From Vicugna vicugna (Eukaryota), in contig MU058645.1 in the NCBI GenBank assembly GCA_013265495.1, positions 970,995 to 1,034,994 of the forward strand: a DNA stretch of 64,000 nt. The letters run 5' to 3'. Made by a program: the position numbers and the translations under genes. This document shows positions 23,730 to 36,942 of this stretch, piece after piece; the first letter of the stretch is position 1; the number at the start of each line of letters is the position of its first letter. The notes under the pieces are model-generated. The model was given only the letters and a program-made list of their open reading frames with translations, was not told the DNA's origin and did not search any database.

Positions 23730-24740
23730 GGAAGTCACAAAGAGGACCTGAATGGGGTCATGTCCTCAAGGAAGCTTATGGTCCAGAATGGGGAAATGAG
23801 ACACGCATATACAAACTAAGTCACAAGAAGAAAGAAAAGTCCCAAGAAGGAGATAATAACCTACTGTGCAAATTCAGAGAAGGCAGAGGCCACTTTTCAC
23901 TGGGAAGATAAAGCATAGCTTTGAGGAGAAAGTGGCAGTTAATCTTTGCTGTGATGATGAATAAAATCCTATGTGGATATTGAGGGAAGTGAACTTAATA
24001 TAGCACATACACATGAATAAAACCAGAGGCTCAAACCATGGGACATGATTATGGGAAAGAAAATATTTCCATTTATTATAGTAAAAATGAGGAAAGTGAA
24101 TTACAGAAATTAAGGCTATAGTTTTCCATTGAACCCAGGATAAGTAGACCCTTGAAGGCCAGACTATGGGAAATGGAATCCATTCTGTAGCAACAACCAG
24201 CTAGCCTTTGATGGCTTTATTTGGAGGGGAAGTGCTACAGCTGAAAGCTGAGCTTTTGCAGAACTAGTCTAGCAACCTGTGTAAGGGTTGAGCATGGAGC
24301 ATGTGGACAAGGGACACTGTTGGAAAGTTGCTGAAGCAGCCAGGTAAGAGGTGGCAAGGACCAGAACTGGGGTACCAGCAATGGAAAATGAGAGAAGGGA
24401 GCAGGCAGGAGAGATTATATCTATAGGACATGTCAAAGGAAAAATTTGTAAAGTGAGTTTGCAGAAGAGATGGCCAAAGCTTTGATTAATGGTGAGAGTG
24501 GAAAGGTTAGCTTGGTAGAGAAGAAAGGACACATCTTTTACAGAAGGGTGAAAGAGGAGGTGAGTTTGCATGAAGATGGAAAGAAAATGGAGACCACAGA
24601 AGTTGGGAAAAACTTAGATTGCCTTGAGTTTCTGTAAGGTGATTTAATAATATAGAAGTTAAGACATTATATTCCCAAAAATGGACACTCAAGTGGGAGT
24701 TTAAGAAGGATGGTGGTTTTGTAATACAGTCTGTGTGACC
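23730..24740 (-). mobile_element. L2 fragments
   Basis: 'gtcctcaaggaagcttatggtccag', 'cttgaaggccagactatggg' and 'gagagattat...gacatg' resemble purine-rich reverse-strand L2. Confidence 0.55.
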
Positions 24741-24772
24741 TATGAGAAGAAGTCACTCAAGAGGAGTATAAA

Positions 24773-24857
24773 GGGGGATGGGTATAGCTCAGTGGTAGAG
24801 CACTTGCTTAGTATATTCGAGGTCCTCGGTTCAAACCCCAGTACCTCCATTAAAAAA
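24773..24857 (+). mobile_element. Camelid-type tRNA-Ala-derived SINE (Vic-1/ALPINE-like) with TSD
   Basis: A box 'tagctcagtggtagagc', B box 'ggttcaaacccc', A tail; flanks aagaggagtataa and aagaagagtataa. Confidence 0.85.
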
Positions 24858-26489
24858 GAAGAGTATAAGTATTTCCCAGCAGCAGTGAGAGCTGACCATG
24901 TTCCACAGCACAAATTTGAATTGATGTCAGTCTTCCTAGATGTACAACTTTCTCTGCAAAATGCAACAGCAGAGAGAAAGTGATGTTAGATTAATTAATG
25001 GATTGGTTGAAGGGAAACAATGCATTCACTGGTTCAATACTTATTGAGCTTTTGGAAAAGGACTCCTGTGAATGGCAACACCAGCCCACCAGCTACATAT
25101 GCCAGGCTGAGGATCCAGTGGCACATCAAACACACATATTCTCTGCACTCATGGGTGTGGTCCAGGAAAGGACAAGGAGAAAGAGGAATCAGAGACACCA
25201 CAGAGAGCATATTTGAAAGGCTGACCAAGGGGTCCACTGGTAGACAGGCTAGTGAGGACCAATGCAACCTAGTGCACTGAGAAAAGGGACGATGAGGCAG
25301 CTAGAGCAAGGGTATACCAGGATGACTGCACAGAGAAGTGTGCCCAAAGTGATGTGTGGGTGGAAGTCCACACTGTCATCCTGGCAAAGAACTGAACCTG
25401 TGGGGCTGTGACCATGCAGGGGGGAACCATTGTCCAAATCACCTGTCCAAAAGGGGATAGATTTTTCTGATTTGCACAAGAGCACTCTATGGTTTGAGCT
25501 GAAGGTCATGGTAAAGAACCAGGATTACCTGAGAAAGAAAAGAGGGAGTTATAATCAGAGAGAATGTCAGTCTTCAAGTTTCCGGTGGGCAGAGCAAACT
25601 CAGTGGAATTGGAGAGTATTTGAAGCAGGAAACAGGGAAGAAAATAAAATTAGGAGCAAAGGAATTAGAATAGGAAGCAGAGGGCTAATTCATAATCAGG
25701 GAGGTGGAAGAAAAGCAGAATTAAGGAAGATAGAAAGGAGACACATCAAGAAGTCTATGTTCTTCCTCATTTGGTGACCATAGCTACGTCTTCCATCTTG
25801 TCGTCCATCTTGTCACACTGCAGAATGCCACCTGATTGGAAATTTGCTTCTCCTTTGTAGTCTCCTTTCTGACAGCCCCGACTCTGACTTCGAAGGGTGA
25901 ATCTTATTAACGATTTGGCTCAGATCCCCCAAAACAGTAAAGCAAATAGCTTTCTTGTGTTGTTTCTTTTTTCATTTGTATGTGCCATTAACATTAAACA
26001 CATGATGTTGCAACAACAATATAATTGACGACTTATGGGCTGAATTTAAATTCAAGTAATATCTCCATTCATCTAAAAGCTATTCCTTAAAAGTCTGTAA
26101 AATTAATTTACTGAAAAAATTTCAACATAACTCTACCAGAAAAATCTCCTCTGAATAATAATGCCATAGATTTTGGAGCTTTTCCCTGCCATTTTGGATC
26201 AGCTCATAATTTCTTCCTGCAGATGAGTGGCCAAAGATGTGACCAAAAACCTCCACATATGAGGTCTTAGAATTTGTATCTCCAAAACCTCAAAAATCCA
26301 CAGGGAGTTTCAGAGAAAGGCGGAACTCCCAAAGACATGCAATACACAAGAAATTAATTGGAAGAACTGCCACAAAGAAAAGGCAGGATGTGTCCCTCTG
26401 AGGGCTGGAGCTGGTGTGAGTTCTCCAGGAAGGAAAAAAATATCACAGTTCTCAATTCTGCCCATTAAAATGTTCACTGAAGCCGATCT

Positions 26490-27855
26490 GCCACTCAATG
26501 GGGTTTATTTCCTGGGGCTTCTGTAGCAAATTACCACTAACATAGTGGCTTAGAAAACAGAAATTTATTCTCTTACAGTTCTGAAATTAAGATGCCAGCA
26601 GGGCCATACTTCCTCCAAAGGCTCTAGGTGGGGAAGGTCTTTCCTTGCCTCTTCTAGCTTCTGGTGGCTCCGGGAGTTCCTTAGCTGGTGGCCTCATCAC
26701 TCCAGCCTCTGCCTCTAGCGTCACTGGGTTTAGAGCCTGCCTGGATAATCCAGGATGATCTCACCTTTTTTCTCCAGCTTTATTGAGATGTAATTGACAT
26801 ATAACACTGAGACATATGTGTTGATATAATACACTTCTGTTCTGCAAAATTATCACTATAGCGTTAGCTAAACGTCACATAATTACTCTTTCTTTTTTGT
26901 AGTGAGAACATTTAAAATCTACTCTCTTAGAAGCTTTCATGTATTTAATGCAGTATTGTTAACTGTAACCGCCACGCTGTGCACTAGATTCCTGCTGTCC
27001 GTCTTATAACTGGAAGTTTGTGCTCTTTGACCAGCATTTTCGCTTTCCTCCCTCACCCTCCCCTAACCCCGGCCCCTGGCAACCACCGTTCTATTCTTTG
27101 TTCCTTAGATTTCAGGTTTTTTAGGTTCCATATATAAGTGATANNNNNNNNNNNNNNNNNNNNNNNNNNNNNNNNNNNNNNNNNNNNNNNNNNNNNNNNN
27201 NNNNNNNNNNNNNNNNNNNNNNNNNNNNNNNNNNNNNNNNNNNNNNNNNNNNNNNNNNNNNNNNNNNNNNNNNNNNNNNNNNNNATTCAACTGTTGAGGG
27301 ACACTTAGATTAGTTCCATACCTTGGCTATTGTGAATAATGCTGCAGATATCTCATGGAAATTCTGTTTTCATTTTCTCCAAATACATGCCCCAAAATGG
27401 GATTGCTGAATCATATAGTAGTTCTATTTTTAGTTCATTGAAGAAACGCCATACTGTTTGTCATGGTGGCTGCACCAATTTACATTCCCATCAACGGTAC
27501 AGAAGTATTCCCTTTTCTTCACACCCTGGCCAGTGCCTACTGTCTCTTGCCTTCCTNNNNNNNNNNNNNNNNNNNNNNNNNNNNNNNNNNNNNNNNNNNN
27601 NNNNNNNNNNNNNNNNNNNNNNNNNNNNNNNNNNNNNNNNNNNNNNNNNNNNNNNNNNNNNNNNNNNNNNNNNNNNNNNNNNNNNNNNAGTTCCTCTGCC
27701 CATTTTTAACTGGATTATGATGGTAATTTTTGCAATTGAGTTGTGTAGGATAATCTCATCTTAATATCATTAACTTAATTGCATCTGCAAAGACCCAATA
27801 AGGTCATATTCATAGGTTCTGGGCATTAGAACGTGGACGTACCTTTTTGAGGACC
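26490..27855 (-). mobile_element. MLT1 (A-C-like) LTR interrupted by an L1 3' fragment (26766-27746, N gaps 27144-27284 and 27557-27688)
   Basis: MLT1 halves 26490-26765 and 27747-27855; near-identical 14-bp TSD aggatgatctcacc (26752-26765) and aggataatctcatc (27747-27760). Confidence 0.85.
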
Positions 27856-27889
27856 AACATTCAATCTCCCACCCAGGTATAATCAGATG

Positions 27890-28330
27890 GAGTTTATTTC
27901 AGATAGGATACTTGTAGTTGCCTTAACAGAAGTCACAGCTCAAACTAGCTTACACAACAAGGAAGTTTATTAGCTCACATAACGGGACATACAGAGAACC
28001 CAGCTGTGGTACAGGCCAGCAGAGGAGGAATCATAGATCCAGGTGTTTTCCCCATCTCCACTCTCCTGTTTCGGTATCAGCATCTCCCAATGCTTGTTAT
28101 AGGATGGTCACTGTAATCATCAGGGCAAGGTGTGTGCTTGTTAATGGCCCAAAGAAGAGAGCAAGAGAAAACCTCCCCCCAAACCATAGAGAAATGTCTG
28201 ATTCAGCCAAATGAGATCAGGATCCCCATGAAACCATAATGGTTCTTGGAAGAATTCCATGTGCCATTGGCTAACATAAATTCTGGATGTCACCTTGGAC
28301 TTGAGGGTATGCAGAACATCTTCTGCACTG
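27890..28330. mobile_element. Old MLT1 (J/L-like) fragment
   Basis: 'agttgccttaacagaag...ctcaaactagcttacacaacaaggaagtttattagctcacataac'. Confidence 0.55.
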
Positions 28331-29599
28331 TGTGGCTGTGCTGAACAGGGAAGAAAATCTGAACAAAGTTATGACACTGGAAGGAGAAAGTAGACACTGA
28401 GTAGGAAGCTAACAGCCACGCTAGGACGTTTCATAGAAACTGTCATTTCAGAAGCACGATGGCCTAGCCTGAGACTACTGGTACCGCAGGGACCATGTGG
28501 ACCCTTCCCTGTTCTCTTACTAAGCACAAGAATTTGAATTGGTCCTATGATGATCTAGAAAATCTAGAACCTTTTTTTTTGGATAATATTTTGAGTTAAT
28601 CTCGTCACTGATCTGCCTCCAGAGGAGAGGAAAGAAGAACAAACCGGGGAGAGGAGAGAGCCGGGGAAGGGTGAAGTGAGATTCAGAACTCTTTTCAAAA
28701 CCTAAGTGGTGTCATGTGATTGAGGGACTGCTCCTAATTTGCTGTCGCTACTGCTACTGCTATTTTCAGAGAGAACAGAACAAGGGCCACTACACTCCTC
28801 TAGATTCATAAGCCTTGCAGGTTTCCAAATCTGTGGTCTCATTTGAGTGCAACTAGATAAGCCCGAATTTTCCACCTCTGGCCTCTCCTTTCACGAGGCT
28901 CCCTGAGGCCCAGCCTCTTTCTGTTCCTGTTCTGTCTCTGGTTTATATAAAGCAAAAGACAAGGCTTTCACCTTCTGTAGCTGACATCCATCACTTCTAG
29001 CTTCTGGAAACAATATCCTGGTCTCCAAGAAGAGCACATGCTACAACTAAGGTTTGCTTTGGAGACATCTGGGACTTCGGTGGGACACCAATCTCAACCA
29101 CTTTGCAAGGATTTTACTAGTTTAAACATTGAAGTTCATGGTATCTTTAAGTCCCAAAGCATCTCTCAAAATCCACCTGTGAATCTAGTTGGTGGCTTTT
29201 ATTTCCCATCTGTGAGACTAGGTCCAAAATCACAAGGAGACGACAGGTCAAAGAGAGAAGATCCCCAAACCACAAAAAGAAAGGTTTTACCCCAAATCTT
29301 TTAAAGTGGAATTTCATGCTCTCTGCTTAGAAAATCTAGGAAATTTACAGGAAAGTGTAAGAAGACATTGAAATGTGAGTCCATCATCCATAAAAAACAA
29401 ACACACAGTAACATTTTGGTGTCTATGCTTCCAGCGATGTTTATGTGGATAAAAACCCTCCAGACAGACGGAGAGCTCGTTGTATGGAAGCGCTAGCTGG
29501 GAACACGGAGAGCTTGGGAGATGTTCTTTTTACTTAAAAACATAGTGAGAACTTTCCCAATTCCTAAAATTGAAAGCATGGCTTTTGGAGAACGTTTTA

Positions 29600-31450
29600 T
29601 AATTTTTATTTGTATTTATTTTGATAAAATTTCAAACTTGGGAGGACAATTGCAAGACTAGTAGTTCAAACATTCCCGTTTCCTTTACCCAGACTAATCA
29701 GATGAACTAGTTGTGACCATTTTGTCTCATTTGCTATTTGTGTGCGCTGACTCTCACTCCCTCTCTCACCCATCTATGTCTTTTATACATATATTCTATG
29801 GATTTTGTATTTTATTTGTTTTGTATATATCCTGTTATATTTTCCCCATATAAAATATAGACAATAGAGAGAGAATGACAGAACATTTATAATGCATACA
29901 GAATATATAATCTACAATTATACATGTAAATATATAGATCTATAGATAACATAAATATATATATCTTTTATACATTTATATTTTTCTCCAAACCATCTGA
30001 GAGTACGTTGCAAATAGCCGACTCCTATATCCCCAGATATTTAAGGGTTTATTTACTAAGAATAAGAACATTCTCTTACAAAACCACAGTATATTTATCA
30101 AAACCCAGGAATTGGACATTGATACAAATACTATTATTTAATCCACAGTCCAGTTTTAAATTCCTTTAATTATCCTAATATGGTATTTATAGCCATTTCT
30201 CTTCTCACAGTCCAGAGTCCAATCCAGAACCATACATTGTGAGAATAATTTCATAGATGCCATATGAGCTATTACCCTCCCCACAGTATCCCACCACATG
30301 GATTTCTGTATTTTATTACCCAGTTCTCATTATCAAATGTCTACATTTGACTTCTAATTTTTCTTTTCTGTAAGTACTGCTACTGTGAATATCCTTGCTC
30401 TTAAATCTTTGTCCCAACCCCCTTAGACAGTTATCTTAGAATAAATCAATAGGTTCAACGGTGGGAAACTGCCACTTTTGTAGGTCAACATGATCAGACG
30501 TTGGTTATTTTGTTTCAGCTTAACAGAAAAGTGGACTTACTCAGGCAGAGGAAATTATGAAGGCATTTGGCAAGTTCTCCTGAACTGCCCTCCTGAAAGA
30601 CTACATCTTGAACTTCCCTAGAATGTAGGTCGCCTGGTCCTTTTCATTCTCATCAGCTCTGGGTATTGATGTATTTAAATTGTTATGCATTCAGTGAGAA
30701 AAATTCATGTTATTGTCTTAATTTACACTTGTTTTGAAAACCAGGGTTTTAAATGCTTAAGATCTCTTGACCATTTTTTTTTTGTGAGATTTATGTTGTC
30801 CTTCCATTTTTCTACTGGTGTTTTCATCATTTATAAATTTGACTTCAGAGACTTCATATCTAAAGGAATTAACTCTTTAACTGTTTACCGAATTTGTCTT
30901 TTGATTTTATTTTACTCTTTGATGATTGTATCATATATATTCTTCCCCTCAATAATTAGGACTTCTTCCTCCCAATCCAGACTCAAATATTTACCTACAG
31001 TTTTTCTTAATTTTATGAGATTTTTAAAATGTTGAACTGTTTTCCCATGTGGAATTTATTCTAGAGTATGGTCTGCATGATGTGAGGTGTGCATAATGTA
31101 ATTTTTTCCAAAAGTTAACAAACTTGCCAATGCAAGAATTTACTAGAACATGTTTCCCAATTGTTCTAAAATATCAAATGATCTGAAAATTAAAATATGT
31201 GTCCCAACTGAGCTTGAACTGTTCAATTCTGCTGCTGAGACTGTTCAAATGTTCTGTTATGCAGACCCTTTTATGTGATCTATGTCACACTGTTTTGATG
31301 CCATACTGTTTTGATTTTATAATTTACTTTAGCACCTATTTTTGTAAAAAAGACTTCATCATTACTCTTCTTTACAAAATTTCTTAAGATATTTTTCTTT
31401 CTTAGAATCATTTTTTCAAGTTACCAAAGAATCCATTGTAATTAAAGTAA
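29600..31450 (-). mobile_element. Old L1 fragments (L1MC/MD-like 29600-30240; L1ME-like 30290-31450) with a TA-rich stretch
   Basis: 'gaataagaacattctcttacaaaaccacagta...cattgatacaa'; 'ttttactctttgatg...ccatgtggaatttattctagagtatgg'. Confidence 0.65.
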
Positions 31451-32399
31451 AAATCAGGAAAGCATGTTGGTAAATCTAATTAAGTCGGGACTTAAAATTA
31501 TATACATTAAAAAAATCTCATTGTCTACATCAATTTGGATCTAAAATTCCAGAGAAGTATATGGGATTCAAGGATTGCATTTCAAAGGAGTATTAAAGGT
31601 GAAATGTTGAAACTTTGGTATGTCTGTGGATGTGTCCTTTTTCTGGAAAGGCAATCCACAGCTTCCATCAGACTCTCAAAGGGAGCCATGACCCCAAAAG
31701 AAAGTGAAGAGCCATTGTCCTGGTGGCTCTGAGAGCAGAGACAACACAGAAGATGTCTAGACTTAGAGCTGCCCTAGACCCAGAAGATGCTCCAGCCCCC
31801 ATTTCCCTCCCCCTGGTGTCTTCTCAGGGTCTTCCAGCTTGAAGAAGCGGAGGCTCTGTGACCCCAGCCTAACAGCCTGCACTGATGACAAGGAAAAATC
31901 ACAGCCTATGTCAGTCCATGTGACTGACCACAACCAGAGCCCAAACCCTAAAAGGGGCTAAAAATGAAAAAATTAGTCCAACACAAATAATTTCATCTAG
32001 CTCCTTTCAAGCAGGTGGTGTGATTTTTCTCCTTAATATCATAGTTTTGCAAGAAAGAATTCTTAGTTTTAGTTTCCTATAACCAAAACCTGTGCATCCT
32101 AATTATGGTCAAACTTAAAAAGAGGAAGAGAGACAGGAGCTTGTTTGCAAGATACCAGCAGTCTCCAGCAAATGCGCTCACCAGGAGCTGTGACCCAAGT
32201 GGAAATGCATCCGATCTGCCGAAGTCCAGCAAGGGCATCAAACTAAAGCTAAATTTCTGCAGCAAGGAAACAACTATTAAGAAAGTTAAAACTGTGCAAT
32301 GACCAGTTAGATTTCTTTCCCACTGAACTGATTGATTTTTAATGGAACTACAAGACGAGGTGAGCTTGACGTAGGTGTAGATCCTGGTTCAGCAAACCT

Positions 32400-32800
32400 T
32401 CCCCGCCTGCCTCCTTCCGCTGCAGGAGAGAATTTCCCCGCGAGCGATGAGCTCGGCTCGGCCCTACGACCAGCTCTGCCCGCTGACTTAAGACGGCGCG
32501 ATGCGGGCAGAGGTCCCACCCGCCCTGGTCTGCGGGCCTCTGGCTCCGCGGCCCCCGCAGGAGAACGCCCCTCCGCCGCCGGGCCGCGCATGCGCGCCCC
32601 CGAGCCGCTGACATGAACTGGAGTTGCTGGGAAGAGTGGTTAAGGGAGTCTCCTTAAGCCTCTTAATTACGGCTGCAGCTGATGAAGAAATCCCTGTTTG
32701 GGCTTCTTTTGCAAATCGGAAGAGTCGCCCCTGCTTAAAGAACACCTTTGCTGACCAGGTGGGCATACAGAACATCTGGGCTCCGACACGTGGGTTTTTC
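32400..32800. promoter_or_regulatory. Small CpG island with an NRF1 site
   Basis: Palindrome CGCGCATGCGCG at 32585-32596 (NRF1 consensus GCGCATGCGC); dense CpG 32430-32610. Confidence 0.65.
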
Positions 32801-32939
32801 TAGCGCTGTATTTCCGCAGAGTAAACAGAGATGGTCCTCTGCCTGAAGACTAGGTTCAGAGCAATAATAAACAAGAGACCTCTGGAAACACCCAGTACAG
32901 ATTTTTTTTTTTAATTTTTAAGGCGAATTTTGTCTTTGC

Positions 32940-33046
32940 TTTTTGGAGGGGAGTAATTAGGTTTGTCTGTTTATTAAATGGAGGCACTGGGGGATTGAAC
33001 CCAGGACCTTGTGCATACACTCTCCCACTGAGCTAGGGCCTTCCCC
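32940..33046 (-). mobile_element. Camelid-type tRNA-derived SINE
   Basis: 'ggaggcactgggggattgaacccaggacc...ccactgagcta' is the reverse complement of the SINE. Confidence 0.8.
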
Positions 33047-33209
33047 TGCAGAGTTAAACTGATGAGGATACTCTTGAGACTCCCACGAGTTCTAGAACAT
33101 TCAGGTTATAAAGGGCCCATTCTGCTCCCTGGCTTTTAACGTTTGTAGGCCCTTCCAGGGGTTTGAGAGCTAACACTGGGATTCAATATATCATTCAATG
33201 TTTTCTATT

Positions 33210-33337
33210 TTGGGGGTGGAGAGGGGAGTAATTAGGTTTCCTTATTTATTTATTTTTAGAGGAGGCACTGGGGACTGAACCCAGGACCTTGTGTGTGCTA
33301 AGCATGTGCTCTACCACTTGAGCTATACCCTGCCCCC
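33210..33337 (-). mobile_element. Camelid-type tRNA-derived SINE
   Basis: 'gtaattaggttt...ggaggcactggggactgaacccaggacc...gctaagcatgtgctctaccacttgagctataccc'. Confidence 0.85.
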
Positions 33338-33789
33338 AACTCAAGATTTTTAAAATTAAAATATGACCCTTAGAACAAAAATTACCCCTAAGGAAAAGAC
33401 CCATGTTGAAATTCATCAGCAGTGCTTAAGTGCTGTGCCTTTACAAACGGCTTTGTGTGTGAGCAGGTAGGTAGGGGTACTTGCTTTTAGGGCGAAAAGC
33501 AGAAGAGAGAGGAAAATCCGGTGCCTTTCTTCTCTGCCAGCGGAGGGTCGCACTCTCCCAGGCCTAGCGCCAAAAAGAACAGCCTTCCCGCTGAACGGAG
33601 TTTTGTCAGAAGGATTCATGTTTATTACTGGGTCATAAAGTAGAGCTGCAAGTCTATTATTATCGCTCAGTGCCCGGCATGCTCTGCAGGAGGAAATAAG
33701 GATGGTTATGGGAGACACAGGCAGTCTTCAAAGGCCAAGGCCAACAGCTAGCTTTCACTGGCCTCTTCACGCCCTGTGAGTTTGTGTGG

Positions 33790-34092
33790 TGTGGACAACA
33801 GCAGTTTTGGTCACAGGGTCACAGGCTTCAGAGGCTGACCCACTCCTACTGGACCACAGGCGAGTCACTCACACCGTCTACACCTGAGCTTCTCGACTGC
33901 ACGGTGGAGATGAGAGAAAATCAGGGTTTACAGGCTTGTCAGGATTAAGTTAGTTAATATGGACCAGTGGTTCTTAAGCCAGCATGATACCTGGGACCTG
34001 GGCAAAATACAAGCCCTCGGGCTGTACCCGTGACCTGCTGCGTCAGAAACTCGGGGTTTTAATGATGCCCCAGATGATGCTGACGCAGCTAA
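33790..34092. mobile_element. MIR fragment (33790-33962) followed by a MER5A-like fragment (33965-34092)
   Basis: 'gtcaggattaagttagttaat' (MIR end); 'cagtggttcttaag...ccccagatgatgctgacgcagc' (MER5A). Confidence 0.55.
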
Positions 34093-36263
34093 ACAAGGCA
34101 GTGATGCAGGTAAAGCTCTGTGCTTGAGCCGGAGGTGGGGACCCCTCGCTCACTGTCACAGGGAGAAACACTGAGTCTGTCTTGAGTGTTTAGTACATTT
34201 GTTGTCACTAAATGTTAGTGTCTGTATTGCTCTCCTTCTCGTAATCATTATAGTCTCACATAGCAGCAACCTGAGTCCGGGCCAAGTGAAGCAGGAAGCC
34301 TAGAACCCACTCGTGTGCCTACACTGCTCTCCGTGGACTTGGGAGGAGAGCCACAAGCGGCGCAGACACGGACCCGGGAAGGCGTGACGGGTGTTCCTCT
34401 CCTAACTCCAAAGTTAAAATTAGTTTCACTCCAATTCACACTTGTTTTCCAAGTGAAGATAAAAAGAACATTTTTCTGTTAACTCATTTGGAAACGTGTG
34501 TGCTACACCTTTTCTCTGCCTCTCCCCCACCCCTCCCCTTAGGTAGATTTTTGGACATAAAATCTATAAAGTCCTCATCCCCAAAGCGAGCGAGACGCTG
34601 CACCAGATGTCTCCCCTAGGCCCCCAGAAGGGTGGCAGGATTCACGAGGGGTGAGCCTGCACCCACAGCCCATGAATCTATGAACCCAAGAAAAACAGCT
34701 TTCACTGTTTTCTTTTTTGAATTTTCTTGCGGCAGTGCCTCTCTCCTCCACCCTCCCATCACCTCCAGCATGCGGCTTCCCTGGAAAGCCCGGTGGGACC
34801 TGCCTGGTTGCCGTGCATGGACAAGCCCACAGCTAGGTGGGTATGCCACGGAGCCTGTGCCCAGAGACTGGCCAGATGAGCCCTGCAGGTCGTCAGCGCT
34901 CGAGCAAAGCAGGCAATAAGCAGCGGCATCAGGGCGGTGAAAACAGGTTCACAGAGAGGCTTGTTCCTGTGTTTTCATTCTTGCATGACATCCTGATTAT
35001 TAAAGATTTTCAAAGCACAGTGCATGAAATGCTGCAGGAGAGGCCGCTGTCCTGCTTGGCTGCCTCCCTCCAGGGGAGCGCCTGTAGGACGGGCTGGGGG
35101 CTGCACAGCACAGCTGCCCCACCCGCACCTGCGGTCCACCGGCCCCTGTGACCCACCCACATCTGCGGGCCACCTGCACCTGGGCGGCTGGCTCTTTGCA
35201 GAATGCTCAGGGTGCAGGTTCCAGAGGTAAGGGCTACGTGCCTCTGATTTAATCCCAGAAACTTTCGTCTCTTTTAAATGTATAATACGCAAGGTGAAAA
35301 CGTGAAGTCCGAGGCTATAAGCAAAAGTCTTTTTTTGCTTCTGTTGTAAGTAGAAACAACAAGAAAACTATAAAGGTTCAAATCTTCAAAGCAGCTACAT
35401 TATCTCCTTGTGGCTGTTCAAAATGCAGATCAGTCCCAGGAAGGCTGAGTTCCAGGCGGGGTCCCAGACTCATCCTTCCTAGTCCTTGGCCCTGAGCTGG
35501 ATGCTCCAGCAGGACAAAGAAGTCACCTTCACTCAGGGCTGGGAAACATTCCACGACACAGTCCCCGCACAAGCAGCCCCCAGACGCACAGGCCGGGCAG
35601 GGCTGGCCCCGGAGGCTTCCAGCAGCCCTCAGCGCACTGAACTCAGCTCCAGCTGCGCCAGCAACCATGTCCTCTGTGAGGGACCCTAGAGTGAGGGGAG
35701 AGAGGGAGGGAGGGAGAGGATAGGGAGAGAGGAAAGAAATGAGGAAGGGAGGGACCTCCTCCGCCCTCCATCTGCATCCAGGAGTCAGGCGGTGATGGGT
35801 CCTGGTGGTGTGATCACCTTGGCAACCGCGCTCCTGTTCTCCCACCTCTAACTCCCATTCAGTGTTCACGGTGTCCCACCCAGAGGGAGGAAGGGTTATC
35901 CCCCCGGGATGAGGAGCAGAAGCCGTCACAAGAATTATGGTTCAAACGGAGGTCAGAAGAACTAGACCAGCGTGTTGGTGTGAAAACAGGCCTGTGGGAA
36001 ATCTGCAGCATTTCACAGCCGAGAACACAAACATGACCGCCTGGGGCGTCTTCTCCGCAGGGCGGGTACAGGGAGGGTCCCGCCTGAGAAGTTTGCTGGC
36101 GGGTCCACGCCGACAGCCCCCCTCTTCGCCTTCATCTAAGAGCCAGAGGAACAGGAGGAAACAAGTGCTTAGCTAGGGACAAATGAAGCACAGCTCTTTT
36201 GACTGAGTCCGGCAATTAAGACCATGGAATTTACCATTTTTCTTGAATCTAAATGTGCTTTTA

Positions 36264-36343
36264 GGGGGATGGCTAGTGGTCGGGCGCGTGCTTAGCATGC
36301 GCGAGGTCCTGGGTTCAATCCTCAGAACTTACATTAAAAAAAA
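36264..36343 (+). mobile_element. Camelid-type tRNA-derived SINE with TSD
   Basis: 'gtgcttagcatgcgcgaggtcctgggttcaatcc' plus A tail; gtgctttta repeated at 36255-36263 and 36344-36352. Confidence 0.8.
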
Positions 36344-36942
36344 GTGCTTTTAAAACTGTAAGTATAGCCGACACACTTTATGGATGATCAAAAGGTCCCG
36401 GATGGGACTTCCCTATCAAGTGGGAAAAATACATATCTCCCTCCCACCTCACATTAACTAAATTACAGAAGTATTTATATGAGCAAAGCAATAAAAGAGG
36501 AAAAGGAGATGGAATCAGAGAGAAACCTATAAAGATGATTAAGCTTGTTAAAATAAGAGCCTTAATGGAGTACATAGGGCTAGCGCTAAGTGCAGCTCGG
36601 CAGCGCCTCTCCGGATTCTAATATTTGCTGGAATGATGATTCCACTGTTGATTATATTTAAGTATTAAAATCTTTTCCTCAAATGAAATGCAAGCGAGTT
36701 TTCTGGATGACAGACTGTTATTAGCTTATGCAGCTAAATAATCTTACTGATGATCATGCATGAAAATGGAAAAATTATTTGGCATTTATATTAAAACAAT
36801 ACAAATGAGACAAAATGATCCAAAAAGTGACTCAAACCAACCTGTTGAATATAAGATTCAGTTTCAAAGTGATGATATCCTACGATTGAAGCTTCAAAGT
36901 GGAAAGTGCAACATCTGGACATGCAAACTACTGAGCCTGAGA

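Noticed and set aside
24773-24850. Possible tRNA-Ala gene
   Set aside because: It has mismatched stems, an A tail and a TSD, and multiple diverged copies occur in the window, so it is a SINE.
32105-32302. Lys-rich 65-aa ORF (MVKLKKRKRDR...)
   Set aside because: It has no recognisable homology and is short enough to arise by chance in A-rich sequence.
36633-36750. C/D-box snoRNA-like arrangement (ATGATGA ... TGGATGA ... CTGA)
   Set aside because: There is no terminal stem, no clear D' box and no recognisable rRNA/snRNA guide; these short motifs occur by chance in AT-rich DNA.
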